Source of the DNA: a bacterium
GTDB taxonomy: Bacteria > Bacillota_I > Bacilli_A > RFN20 > CAG-288
DNA: 64,000 nt
Direction of reading: 5' to 3'
Assembly (NCBI GenBank): GCA_963643715.1
Contig: CAVILQ010000009.1
Span: forward strand, 4,520-68,519
Of the stretch, positions 49,501-59,043 are shown piece by piece. The first letter of the stretch is position 1; the number at the start of each line of letters is the position of its first letter. Below the pieces are notes generated by a model. That model had not been told where the DNA came from. It saw only the letters and a list, made by a program, of their open reading frames with translations, and searched no databases. Both the position numbers and the translations under genes were made by a program.

Positions 49501-50769
49501 TACCTAAAGATAATACGCGGCAGCGACGGACTCATCAGCTCCGTTGAAGACTACCTTGGGAGAAGGCATATCGGAATCAGCTATGACAGTGCCGGAAACA
49601 TGACAAAACATGGAGACAAGGAACTCAGCTACCAGTACGGGCATAGGTTAAGCAGTGTGAAGGAAGGGCTTAACGAATCCAAATACCTATATTCCTATGA
49701 CGGGATACGCATCGAAAAGGACGTGAACGGGACCAAGACAACCTTCTACTATGACGGCAAGACTCTCTTAGGCGAGGATCGCGGCGATGAGATACGCATC
49801 CGCTATTTCCAAGACACGAACTCCTACACCGGATTCACACTCGAAGAGAAGGGGACTGACACGTTCTACCTATATCTAAAAGACTCGTTCGGAAACATAA
49901 TCGGCATCATCGACAGCCAGGGATATCTCGTAGGAAGATACATCTACGACGAAAAGGGAAGGCTTCTCGGAACGGTGCCAAACAGCAACATCAAGGATGC
50001 CGAGCACATCCTTGACATCAACCCTCTCAGGTACAGAGGCTACTACTATGACGAGGAAACCGGCTTCTATTACCTCCACGCAAGGTACTATGATCCGATT
50101 TCCATGTCTTTCCTTACCCCTGATGACAAGGAAAACATCGACGGATATTCCGTTTCGGGCGCTGATCCATACTGCTACTGCAACTATGATCCCGTCAACT
50201 ACTTCGATCCGTACGGGACCATCAATGTCCTTATAGCATTGATGCTGATCGGAGCCGCAGTCGGCGCACTCAGCTACACGGCATCGTCACTCATTTCCTA
50301 CGCCGTGACTAGAAAATGGTCCTGGTCTTGGTGCCAGTTTATCGTATCAACATTTTTTGGTGCTCTAGAAGGTGCATTGACCTTTGCTCACATACCACCC
50401 GTTTGGAGTTATTTAATTTTTAGTTCTTTACCAACAGGTATTGGTATGTGTTTACAAAATATCTTTGAGGGGACAGATTACACAACCAACCAAATCTTAA
50501 TTTCGTCAGCTTTTAGTTATTTTTTATCAGCTTTTCTCTCACGAATTCCACAGTTCTTAATCAAAGGACTTAATTATGGAAGAAACAGTTTTTCAGAAAT
50601 TGCTAGTTCAATAACAACAAAATATGCGAACAATGTAATCAAAAACATGTCAATGAAGACCATGGGAAAAATATTCATTTCCAATCTTTATGACTCCACA
50701 TATGGGATACTTTCCGATGCCTTTTTTAGTATCCTCGACGACGATGAAAAGGAGGAAGCATTTGCATAA
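46555..50769 (+). CDS. RHS/YD-repeat polymorphic toxin with hydrophobic multi-helix C-terminal domain
   Basis: Many YD repeats (YDSNGKVISENEYDSDGN, YYDGFGRT, YSYDGIR...). The RHS core ends at ARYYDPISMSFLTPD...DPVNYFDPYG, followed by about 180 aa containing four hydrophobic helices. The body is high-GC and GC drops at about 50335. No signal peptide. An alternative start exists at 46585. Confidence 0.85.
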   Translation: MCKKRKDLCPMTASKVSAQRINSHHSYIGSNPEWSLLDGSVHYSYPICSFGGGHSFSCELIYDSNLPIITSEKFGGMPYCFMLSCHARLMQSEGGYIFVDEEGIPHLFTGFIDQGDTYYHDNDGLGMILDDHSDIRIDNGFGTILYFDDSMRLSRKCSPGVFEISYSYDNIGRLTSVSDTTGKKRKFVFEYDGALAFVKSYYENKVVSITKIGYSTKHVLNIVAKWQLLSLDRISTENGSQAEPLLRIKYKEQVFSEEPPAVEFDDLYNHSAFRITYVGEKAARLSFSDIAAGLSFKEKSCLEMAADEDMVTVKDQDGKQTSYMLDQKGYIVSCFRKDEYGNLLSLDKPIGTRLVLTNAETGIDTLPIRTCDRGLPVKITECIPQGKDKASPLSTLLIDKGCSLSVYVRLKESHPGAVLSASGFVSAALNPYAVGTWQKARLGFKDSKTPSELKISVTNDLGVAFKADICEPVIVNSGTERLILGEAELNEFSSLTKNCERIRGVVSKTDLLTSMKHFVFSDSITYFLWMNNGHDVIQMDNVSFTLNGREVLFTDFLRTQELTLVKYDTQNGFMRERKLKRNGNHQITDEKTISDANGNAIEHEKRMRDVTNEVVLDSYGLLHRSQYTSDGLPWRQYDSNGKVISENEYDSDGNLTCAKTDTSTHHYTYSMGTLSSIANGGVTRSIYYDGFGRTGGVRFTDGSENRFGYFGSHLSSISDSSIGVAFITDSRRDYEDYYINKSLIEHVENGSQTRKKTYPNGTGITECYDNDGNLISVVGNGTDTATITRSPDTSLPVTVKDGFADMTTDIEYRGDKSVRKTTTRKGGKVYLTKEEIHSEYDTEFVIGPDSLPYRKAISKQNALIRIIYDNGTHKVKGLGSDTYLDALARPSKKQSGPISCSYQYKNGSSLLHKLSCDAFTEELEYENDSFLVSKAVFSGYINETDSFRYDSCGRLLEARRTGNGDYRHIYSYKGSRLDEIKDYLKIIRGSDGLISSVEDYLGRRHIGISYDSAGNMTKHGDKELSYQYGHRLSSVKEGLNESKYLYSYDGIRIEKDVNGTKTTFYYDGKTLLGEDRGDEIRIRYFQDTNSYTGFTLEEKGTDTFYLYLKDSFGNIIGIIDSQGYLVGRYIYDEKGRLLGTVPNSNIKDAEHILDINPLRYRGYYYDEETGFYYLHARYYDPISMSFLTPDDKENIDGYSVSGADPYCYCNYDPVNYFDPYGTINVLIALMLIGAAVGALSYTASSLISYAVTRKWSWSWCQFIVSTFFGALEGALTFAHIPPVWSYLIFSSLPTGIGMCLQNIFEGTDYTTNQILISSAFSYFLSAFLSRIPQFLIKGLNYGRNSFSEIASSITTKYANNVIKNMSMKTMGKIFISNLYDSTYGILSDAFFSILDDDEKEEAFA

Positions 50770-51323
50770 TGAAAAAGAAAATATATTTTCAAGACAGCAT
50801 CCCATATCACATTTTATTTTCTATCCCTTTAATAATTGGCATAGCAACAATCACGTTTGCAGTTGTAGAATTGATACATTCTCCTTCTACGAACTTATAT
50901 TTGAATATTTTTTTGATATTTGCTGGATTGTATTGTTTTTACGTCTTTTTAGACACAGAGTCTTTTATCATCCACATGGATGATAAAAAGGTTTGGATGA
51001 TAGGAGAACCTGTCATTGAACCTTTACGAACTCAGTACAAAGCTGAAGTCCTGTTTTCTGACATCATTAACATTTATATTGTCAGGTCTCACACAAACAG
51101 CAAAGGAAAAAAATATGAAAACAGAAACAGAAAAGTAAGACTTGGAATTAGAGCCTATTTGGTGTTTACAAAGAAGAATGGTCACAAGGTCAGAATGTTG
51201 GTCAGTTATCACACAAGGGAACATCTATTAGAAATCATCAGTGAAATCATCGTTCGAATCAATGCTACAGGTAACATATACGAAGGAAATGACCCTCTTT
51301 GGATTGTCAATCACATCAAATGA
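50769..51323 (+). CDS. candidate immunity protein (two-TM, 184 aa) translationally coupled to the RHS toxin
   Basis: Its ATG overlaps the RHS stop (TAATG). Two N-terminal TM helices. It is a paralogue of the next ORF, sharing the C-terminal IIRRINATGN.YEG..PLWI block. Confidence 0.65.
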   Translation: MKKKIYFQDSIPYHILFSIPLIIGIATITFAVVELIHSPSTNLYLNIFLIFAGLYCFYVFLDTESFIIHMDDKKVWMIGEPVIEPLRTQYKAEVLFSDIINIYIVRSHTNSKGKKYENRNRKVRLGIRAYLVFTKKNGHKVRMLVSYHTREHLLEIISEIIVRINATGNIYEGNDPLWIVNHIK

Positions 51324-51413
51324 AGAACTGCAATCTTTTTATAGCCATATAAGTTTGGCCTTATCAATATTATCGTTATAAACCATTTGAATTCAGTAAA
51401 GGAGAAACTGGTA

Positions 51414-52004
51414 ATGAAAAAGAAAACATATTTACAAAACGATATATCGTATTATATAGCAATGTTTTTAATGTTTGTGCTTGCACTTACATCTGTCGGT
51501 TTAGGAATTTATCCTCTTATAAAATTGTTTACATCAGAATCTGACACTCGAGACGCTTTAAATATCATCCTTTTGATAATTTTCTTAATTATTTTTCTCG
51601 CATTAGCAGCGTATGTAGTTTTTATTACGATTGGTGAAATGAGCATCATCATATATATGGATGATGAAAAAATATGGATGAACGATGACCTAAAGTTAAA
51701 AAGGCTGCGATTACAGTATAAAACTGAAGCATACTTCTCGGAAATTAAAGATATCCGTTTAATCAAGAACAAAAAGGATAGCAAATCACATAGTTTTCCA
51801 AAAGACAGCATCTATCCCGGAAAACAAAAATATCTTGTCCTTACAATGAAAGACGATCATGTCGAAAGACTGAATGTCACATATTTCAGAAAAGGAACAA
51901 TCGGAAAAATCATCTGTGAAATCATTCGAAGAATCAATGCTACAGGTAACACATACGAAGGAAAATACCCTCTTTGGATTTTCAATAACATCACCTTAGA
52001 ATAA
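51414..52004 (+). CDS. paralogue of the preceding protein (second candidate/orphan immunity protein)
   Basis: Same architecture with strong C-terminal identity and a diverged N-terminal TM region. Start taken at MKKKTYLQ, which has an AAAGGAG ribosome-binding site. Confidence 0.6.
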   Translation: MKKKTYLQNDISYYIAMFLMFVLALTSVGLGIYPLIKLFTSESDTRDALNIILLIIFLIIFLALAAYVVFITIGEMSIIIYMDDEKIWMNDDLKLKRLRLQYKTEAYFSEIKDIRLIKNKKDSKSHSFPKDSIYPGKQKYLVLTMKDDHVERLNVTYFRKGTIGKIICEIIRRINATGNTYEGKYPLWIFNNITLE

Positions 52005-52030
52005 TCCTATTAGAATCATCAGCCAAGAGA

Positions 52031-52065
52031 AAAGGCAAGCCGTATGATTGACTTGCCTTTTTTTG
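52031..52065. terminator. bidirectional intrinsic terminator (aaggcaag-...-cttgcctt-TTTTTT)
   Basis: Hairpin plus a T-run between the convergent 51414-52004 and 52073-53362 genes. Confidence 0.6.
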
Positions 52066-52072
52066 ATTTGAA

Positions 52073-53362
52073 TTAAGAACGTGCCTGATAGACTGGCTTA
52101 GATGTATCGGTTGTCGTGGGAGGACAGATACGATTCATGATGAAGACAGCACGGATAAGGTTTGCACCGATGATAATCATCATCGAATAGTTGGAAGCGA
52201 AGAATCCGAAGATCATGCTAAGGAGTGCAGGAGTGAGAGACATGTTCACAGCGGTGTTGATAGCATGGAAGTAGTTGCTTTCACGATAGATAGAGGACTT
52301 TCTCTTGAAGAAGATGATAAGAAGGACAGAGGAGACAAGGATAGAAGCAGCACCAGCAACGGTGAGAGTAAGAATATTCATCCAAACGGAATGAATCGTA
52401 TAATCTCTTGCCGATTCATTCGCTAAGGAAACGAAGTTGTTTGTGAATCCATCTTGGATGTTATAAGCACCCTTATTGAGGATGAAATCATAGAGAGAAG
52501 TAGAACCATTGAGATCCATCTTAGCAAGACCTAAATCCAATTTGCCAACATAGGAACCAGATGCGCTTGTAGTGGATGTTGTAGCAGTGAAAGGATAGAA
52601 GGCGACTAACATATAATCCTTGAGAAGGATCATATAGGAATGCGGAACGTTATGATTCACACCATTGAGGTCTTTGTTCAAGATAATGGTAGTGGTGAAG
52701 TTAGAAAGATATGTGGAGAAATTATCATCGTTTCTGGAAAGCTCCGGTAACATATAGAGTTCAAGATAGATTCTTCTTTCTGTTGTTTCGGTCTTTGTCT
52801 CAGTGCCGTCGCTGTTCTTAGTTGTGTTGGTGACATTGATATCTGCACCGATGGAATCGAAGTAGTAGATTTTCTCCATATCGGTAGCTGTCTTAACATA
52901 GGGGCTAGCACCATCACTGACCTTATCGACATAAGTAGAACGGAATAATGCTTTATCGCTGGTTCCATTCAATTCGTTAGTCCAGTTATAGGCGCTATCA
53001 TCACCTGTTTTTTCACCATAGTACTTTTCATCATTCAATCCAGAGAGATCAAGAGTGCGAACACCATCTTTTTCAACGATATTGATGCTCTTGAAGTAAT
53101 CCTCTTCAGAGATGACATGCTTCAAAGCAGTAGAGACTTCATAATTGCTCGTGCTAGAAAAGACAGCTCCTCCATTGGTACGATATCCTGTGGAAAGGGT
53201 AGGAATCCAAGGAAGAAAAATAGCAAGAACAAACATAGTCAGAGTGACATACCACTTCATTTTGCGGTTGTCTAAGGCTGCTTGGTTGCTGTACAAAGAT
53301 TTTAATATGTTTTTGAGTGTGAACATTTTTCTTTTTTCCTTATTATAAATATATAAAGACAA
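52073..53362 (-). CDS. hypothetical membrane protein (N-terminal TM, large extracytoplasmic domain, C-terminal TM bundle; ABC-2-permease-like topology)
   Basis: Hydrophobicity pattern only; no partner ATPase is adjacent. Confidence 0.4.
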   Translation of the reverse strand: MSLYIYNKEKRKMFTLKNILKSLYSNQAALDNRKMKWYVTLTMFVLAIFLPWIPTLSTGYRTNGGAVFSSTSNYEVSTALKHVISEEDYFKSINIVEKDGVRTLDLSGLNDEKYYGEKTGDDSAYNWTNELNGTSDKALFRSTYVDKVSDGASPYVKTATDMEKIYYFDSIGADINVTNTTKNSDGTETKTETTERRIYLELYMLPELSRNDDNFSTYLSNFTTTIILNKDLNGVNHNVPHSYMILLKDYMLVAFYPFTATTSTTSASGSYVGKLDLGLAKMDLNGSTSLYDFILNKGAYNIQDGFTNNFVSLANESARDYTIHSVWMNILTLTVAGAASILVSSVLLIIFFKRKSSIYRESNYFHAINTAVNMSLTPALLSMIFGFFASNYSMMIIIGANLIRAVFIMNRICPPTTTDTSKPVYQARS

Positions 53363-53673
53363 AAGTCTTTACGAGTTATTATTATCTCTTAAATAGAATG
53401 ATTTTACAATAAAAATCAACCAATGCTTATTTGCTGTCGAAAAAGAGAGGATGTCAGTTTTTTCCATACTAGTTCACTTATATTTTTTTGAAAACATCCC
53501 TAAATCATCCACATATTTCAAATAAAATCATCGGACAGAGAAATAATAAAAGAGACAAAAACATAAACAACTTGTTGAAAATTCAAAATCGCTAAGCATA
53601 GTTTTTGTAGTTATAAGTTGTCTTTTTACTATTTTTTTAGTATACTTGTAATACCATTTTGGAGGAAAAAAAT

Positions 53674-54321
53674 ATGGCTAAAGAAAGATCTACACCACGT
53701 TACATCAAAATCGCTCAGGACGTCTGCGGTAAAATCCTTACCGGTGAATATCCTGAAGGAACATTATTGAAGGGCCGTTCCATCTTAGGAGCCGCCTATG
53801 GCGTTTCCCCGGAAACTGTCAGAAAGGCTCTCAACATTCTTGAAAAGGAGAAGGTCGTTTCTTCTAAGAGAGGTGTCGGCGTCTATGTCGATTCCGTCTT
53901 ACACGCTCAGGAATTCGCAAACAAGTGGAAAGCCGAGACTCAGATCAAGGACAAGTATGCTACTCTCGAGAAGCTTCTCATCGAACAGAAAGAACTTCAG
54001 GCCAAGATTAACACAGCCATCGATGATATGAAGGATTCCTTCACCTATCAGACAACCGAAGCCGTCAAGTTCTCCCAGGTCGAAGTCCCTCAGAACTCTT
54101 GGATCAATGGAAAGACAGTCGGCGAAGTCTACTTCTGGAACTACACCGAAGCCACCATTGTTGCTGTCATCGGCAGCGACAATATCGCCAAGCAGTCTGT
54201 CGGTCCGGATTTCGTTCTCCATTCTGGAGACAGAATCATCTTTGTCGGAAAAGACAACCTCACTTTCGACAGAGTCCTTTCCTTCCTCACCTATGGTGTC
54301 ATCAACCAGGGTCAGGAATAA
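53674..54321 (+). CDS. GntR-family transcriptional regulator with C-terminal TrkA-C-like domain
   Basis: N-terminal GntR wHTH (RSILGAAYGVSPETVRKALNILE), then a coiled segment and a small C-terminal ligand-binding-like domain. Confidence 0.6.
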   Translation: MAKERSTPRYIKIAQDVCGKILTGEYPEGTLLKGRSILGAAYGVSPETVRKALNILEKEKVVSSKRGVGVYVDSVLHAQEFANKWKAETQIKDKYATLEKLLIEQKELQAKINTAIDDMKDSFTYQTTEAVKFSQVEVPQNSWINGKTVGEVYFWNYTEATIVAVIGSDNIAKQSVGPDFVLHSGDRIIFVGKDNLTFDRVLSFLTYGVINQGQE

Positions 54322-54443
54322 TCTTCTGATTCAATCGATTTGAAACATATCTCCCGGTACATCTACCGGGAGATTTTTCTTCCTTTCTTTTGCCTTGAAT
54401 CCTTTAACTACCAATTCAAGACAAAAAAATTTATACTTATACT

Positions 54444-55415
54444 ATGACACTCAAACAAGATTTAAAGAACCTAAAAAACAAACTTACCGGTGACAAAGAT
54501 AAAGATATCGCTACTTTGAAAGCATCATTGACTGAATACGATGATCGTCCCTATAAAAAAGAGATAGTAGACCTGATCAATGAGATGATCGCACAGATGC
54601 TTTCTCCTTCAACGGATAATCCAGATTCCTTTTTGAAATCATTCCTTTCAAATTATGAGAATACTCTTCTTGAAATTAAACATTATTTGGACCAAGGGGA
54701 ATATGAACTTGCACTCAAACTATGCGCTCCAGCGGAAGAACTGTTAAATAAGCTCATAATTTTGGAATTAAAACTTCAAAAGTGCCCACCCTTGCCATTA
54801 AGATTTTACTTTTCCACGATAGAGTATGATTTAGCAATGAAATATTATCCAGAAGAGCAATTCATACCTCATGCTGATCCTGTCTCATTATCTATCCTAA
54901 AAGGACAAGCACTCTTCTTCTTAAAAGATGACAACGCTGCAATCGAAAGCATACGTCACGGCCTAGAACTAGATCCCGTATCAGCTGATGTATGTTTCCT
55001 TTTAGCTGATATCGAAAGACAGAGAATGAATTCCTACTCCTATCTTTCCTATATCGAACGTGCAAAGGATTGTCTTTACAAGAATGAAGACTACATCCGC
55101 TATTTGAAATATCTATCCGACTATTATCATGACTTTGAGCATGACGATAAGACAGCCACCAATCTTAAGACTCTCTATACCAAAGGAAAGACTTACAAAG
55201 AGATTACCCATGTAGGAAAGGAAAAATGGGCAAAGTCCCATAAAAAGATACTGACACAATTGGAGAAGAATAAAATTGATATATCTGTATCAGACAATGT
55301 CATCACCACTGCACTTGAGAAATACAAAGAATACATAAAAGAAAACGATAATGAAGGTGCCACATACTATAAAGGCATCTTAGACACCTTTATCGACACA
55401 TCAAAATTAGACTGA
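54444..55415 (+). CDS. hypothetical helical-repeat (TPR-like) protein
   Basis: 323 aa, alpha-helical-repeat composition; no enzymatic motif. Confidence 0.4.
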   Translation: MTLKQDLKNLKNKLTGDKDKDIATLKASLTEYDDRPYKKEIVDLINEMIAQMLSPSTDNPDSFLKSFLSNYENTLLEIKHYLDQGEYELALKLCAPAEELLNKLIILELKLQKCPPLPLRFYFSTIEYDLAMKYYPEEQFIPHADPVSLSILKGQALFFLKDDNAAIESIRHGLELDPVSADVCFLLADIERQRMNSYSYLSYIERAKDCLYKNEDYIRYLKYLSDYYHDFEHDDKTATNLKTLYTKGKTYKEITHVGKEKWAKSHKKILTQLEKNKIDISVSDNVITTALEKYKEYIKENDNEGATYYKGILDTFIDTSKLD

Positions 55416-55484
55416 TTTTCATTCCTCTTTCATTGTTTAAAGCCCTTTCATATTGATATAATGTAAAGAAAGGAGCTTTTCAAC

Positions 55485-56255
55485 ATGAAACTTGAAAACA
55501 AAGTCGCAGTCGTAACTGGTGCTTCTTCCGGCGTCGGAAGAGAGACCGCCCTCCTCTTTGCAAAAGAAGGATGCAATGTCGTCGCAGTCGCTAGAAGAGA
55601 AGAAAGACTCATCGAACTGGCAAAAGAAGCAGAAGACAAAGGTTACAAAGGAAAGATACTTCCATTCAAAGGAGACATCTCATCTGAAGAAACCAATGTA
55701 GCTATGATCGATTACGCTATTGAGAAGTTCGGTCATTTCGATATCCTTATCAACAATGCCGGAATGATGGATAACTTCGCTCCAGTCGATGAACTCGACT
55801 CTGAGCTCATGAAGAGATTGATGGCTGTTGATGTCTATGGTCCTACCTATGCCACAAAGAAAGCCGTTCAGGAATTCATCAAGAGCAACGTGAAAGGAAG
55901 CATTGTCACTATCGCATCTATCGCTGGTATCTGCGGCGGTAAAAGCGGTTGTGCCTATACTATGGCAAAGCATGCTGTCTTAGGTATGGTCAAGAATACC
56001 GCCTTCAACTATCGTGATATCTGCCGTTGCAACGCTATTTGCCCTGGCGGAATCGCAACCGAGATGGTTGGGCCTTCTGCCTTCCAGAATGCATCGCAGA
56101 AAGGTCTTGCCTCTGTCATGTTAGCCACTCAGTTCAACACACCTATGGCTACACCTTTACAGATTGCGGAGGTCGCTCTCTTCTTAGCAAGTGATGATTC
56201 CTCCATTGTCAATGGAGCTATCGTAACCGCTGACAGCGGACTCACCTCCTTCTAA
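55485..56255 (+). CDS. SDR-family oxidoreductase
   Basis: TGASSGVG cofactor motif, NNAG, and a catalytic Y..xK (YTMAKHA). Confidence 0.85.
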   Translation: MKLENKVAVVTGASSGVGRETALLFAKEGCNVVAVARREERLIELAKEAEDKGYKGKILPFKGDISSEETNVAMIDYAIEKFGHFDILINNAGMMDNFAPVDELDSELMKRLMAVDVYGPTYATKKAVQEFIKSNVKGSIVTIASIAGICGGKSGCAYTMAKHAVLGMVKNTAFNYRDICRCNAICPGGIATEMVGPSAFQNASQKGLASVMLATQFNTPMATPLQIAEVALFLASDDSSIVNGAIVTADSGLTSF

Positions 56256-56319
56256 CAACAAAAATAGAGCGGCGTGATAAAATAATCACGTCGCTTTTTT
56301 CTGTTCTAGAGGATTTGAA

Positions 56320-56610
56320 ATGCATTACATTTACTTAGGCAAAAACGGAGACTTCTCCTCTCCTGACAAATTGATCATCCAATACAATGAGAAATGGTTC
56401 TATCGTAAAAGGACTACAGACTGGGAAGAGATGGAAGAGAATGACATCCATTCCCTATTGTCTGGAAACGATGAGAACTACTACAGCATTGAAAAGTCAC
56501 AGTTTGATTCCATCCTTTCTTTATGGGGAGGGAGTCGTTTTGGGTATAAGAACATCGATTTAAGAGACGCAGAAGAAGATACTGAGTACGGAAGAGACTA
56601 CGACTACTAA
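56320..56610 (+). CDS. hypothetical protein (96 aa)
   Basis: ORF with reasonable composition; no motif. Confidence 0.3.
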   Translation: MHYIYLGKNGDFSSPDKLIIQYNEKWFYRKRTTDWEEMEENDIHSLLSGNDENYYSIEKSQFDSILSLWGGSRFGYKNIDLRDAEEDTEYGRDYDY

Positions 56611-57110
56611 AGATTATCTTTCGTCATCGGTATCATCAGCACTGATATCCTCATCAGTATCGGTATCTTCATTCTCATCTCCTACAAAGACAAACATTCC
56701 TTTTGATTCTAAAATCTTTTCGATTTCAGAATCTCTTCCTCTTCAGCAATAAAAAGCTTAAAACAACGATAGATACGCTATACAAGATTAGCAACTTCTT
56801 TACCGTTCTTCATACGTCTAACGCATAATAACCTGCTTCTAACAACACGTCTATCATTCCTTTTTTCAGCAATCAAAATCATATCTGTCATTTTTTCGAT
56901 ATAGCCTAGTATAAGACTATATAAGGAAGGAATATGGAATGCAGAATTTGATAAGTCGATTAAAAAAACTATGCGTTAATCATAACGAGAATCTCACGAT
57001 TGATTTCAGCAAATACGTCTTCTATTTTTAAAGATTATCTCCTGCTTCTTTTTTGCTATAACTGCCTTCTACGATGCTAAACATTCCATTACAGTTATGC
57101 TACAATATCA

Positions 57111-58976
57111 TTGAAAAAAGAGACACAAAGTATGGAATCCAAGGAAATTCTTTACAAACCAAAAGAACTTTATGAAAGGCTGTTGAAGCAACAATATCAC
57201 CAAGCGGCTGAAGAATACTTCGATAAGCTGGTTAAAGACACGAAAACTGATGTCGCCATCAATTCTCAGCATGTTAAGGAATATAACGAACTGCTATCCA
57301 AACAAAAGGTAGCAGAAAACAGTGTAAATCAATCTAGTGGATTAAAGGCATTCCTTATCGTTTTGGTTGCATTCAGTTTCCTTGGCGCCTTCATCTTTTT
57401 ACTTGTTGCTTTATCCGATATTACAAGATCTTGGTGGGCATTATTCATAATGGCAGCACTAATATGCCTAGCCATCTTTTTACTTGTCTACACACATAAA
57501 AACATTGATAAAGCCATCACACAAAAGCAGGCATTCGCAGATAAAATAAAACAATCAACAGACTCAAAACTGAATGAATGTTATAAGGATATGCAGGCAT
57601 TGAACAACGCATTCGACTGGTCACTTCCCAACAAAATTATGCAAAAGGTGACTAATATCATCGAATTGGATCCGTATTTTTCTAGAAAACGTCTGAATTA
57701 TCTCGTTGAGAAATTCGGTTTTGATGAAGATGGTGACGATAACGAATCAACTCTGGGCATTCTCTCAGGCAGCATTCAAGGAAACCCATTTGTCCTAAAA
57801 AAGACACTTACTGAGAAATACGGATATCAGAGATATGTCGGCAGTCTTACAATCACATGGGAAACCTATTCCACCAATTCAAAGGGTGAGCTTGTCACGA
57901 ATTATCATTCTCAAGTTTTGACAGCAAGTGTTGTCCATCGTGCTCCGTTCTATTCTACAAGCACTGTTCTTATCTATGGAAACGAAGCTGCTCCTCATCT
58001 TACTTTCACACATTCCCCATCCAAGATCAATCAGCTCAACGCAAAAGAAAGAGAAAGAGAAGTCAAACACAGAATGAAGGAAATCAACAAGTCTGCAGAT
58101 AAAGCAATCCAGAATGGTACCTCATTCGTTCCAACTGGAAATGATGAATTCGATGTTTTCTTCGGTGGATTAGATAGAAACAACGAAGTAGAGTTTCGTC
58201 TATTATTTACACCACTTGCTGAAAAGAATATGTTGGAACTTATCTCTGATCCGATGCCCTTCGGCGATGATTTCCATATGATAAAGCAACACATGGTCAA
58301 CTGCATCGTTTCAAAGCACTCGCAGTCATTCGACTATTCTGCTTCTCCTGGTCAATATACATCATATGACTTAACAGTATCCAAGAGCGCCTTTGTAAGT
58401 TATTGTGATGACTTTATTAAAAATCTCTTCTTCGACTTAGCCCCACTATTATCCATTCCACTCTATCAGATGCATAAACCAAAAGAATACATCTATGAAA
58501 AAGAGCCTTCCTCAAACTACTCTTACTGTGAACATGAAACAATTGCAAATTCAATGAATCCAAGTCTATTCATGCCCTATAATGCCGATCCTTCCTTACC
58601 GGTTATGATCAAATCAAAATCGGCATCTATGTGTGGAAATGTAGACCGTGTTCACATACATTCCTACTCCTATCAGACAACACCAAGGGTCGATTATATC
58701 TCAGTATACGGAAGAGATGGTTTCTGGCACAGGGTTCCAGTTCCCTGGATACAGTATGACAGAGTCGACGATGACCAATCATTCGATTTAGCTTATACTG
58801 GCGCTAATAAACAAGAAGTCAATTCTAAACTTAGCGAAGATAATTCATTTACGCATCTTATGTCTACCGCCAAAGGTGCATTCTTAGGAAGAGGGATGGT
58901 GTCCTTATTAGAAGATGGACTATCACAAAATGACATCGACAAAATACTGAAAGATACATTTCAAGAAAAAAACTGA
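57111..58976 (+). CDS. hypothetical two-TM membrane protein (paralogue of 60456-61574; DUF3137-like, LemA-associated)
   Basis: Cytoplasmic N-terminus, two adjacent TM helices and a large C-terminal domain that shows similarity blocks with the 60456 protein. An alternative start exists at 57132. Confidence 0.5.
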   Translation: MKKETQSMESKEILYKPKELYERLLKQQYHQAAEEYFDKLVKDTKTDVAINSQHVKEYNELLSKQKVAENSVNQSSGLKAFLIVLVAFSFLGAFIFLLVALSDITRSWWALFIMAALICLAIFLLVYTHKNIDKAITQKQAFADKIKQSTDSKLNECYKDMQALNNAFDWSLPNKIMQKVTNIIELDPYFSRKRLNYLVEKFGFDEDGDDNESTLGILSGSIQGNPFVLKKTLTEKYGYQRYVGSLTITWETYSTNSKGELVTNYHSQVLTASVVHRAPFYSTSTVLIYGNEAAPHLTFTHSPSKINQLNAKEREREVKHRMKEINKSADKAIQNGTSFVPTGNDEFDVFFGGLDRNNEVEFRLLFTPLAEKNMLELISDPMPFGDDFHMIKQHMVNCIVSKHSQSFDYSASPGQYTSYDLTVSKSAFVSYCDDFIKNLFFDLAPLLSIPLYQMHKPKEYIYEKEPSSNYSYCEHETIANSMNPSLFMPYNADPSLPVMIKSKSASMCGNVDRVHIHSYSYQTTPRVDYISVYGRDGFWHRVPVPWIQYDRVDDDQSFDLAYTGANKQEVNSKLSEDNSFTHLMSTAKGAFLGRGMVSLLEDGLSQNDIDKILKDTFQEKN

Positions 58977-59043
58977 TACGACCAACAGAAAATCAAATAT
59001 AATATTGATTGAACATAGTTGACTAGAAAGGAATTAAAATAAT

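Noticed and set aside
56610-56700. 27-aa acidic minus-strand peptide (MFVFVGDENEDTDTDEDISADDTDDER)
   Set aside because: It is too short and has no context. It may be a remnant of a degraded gene in the 500-bp gap.
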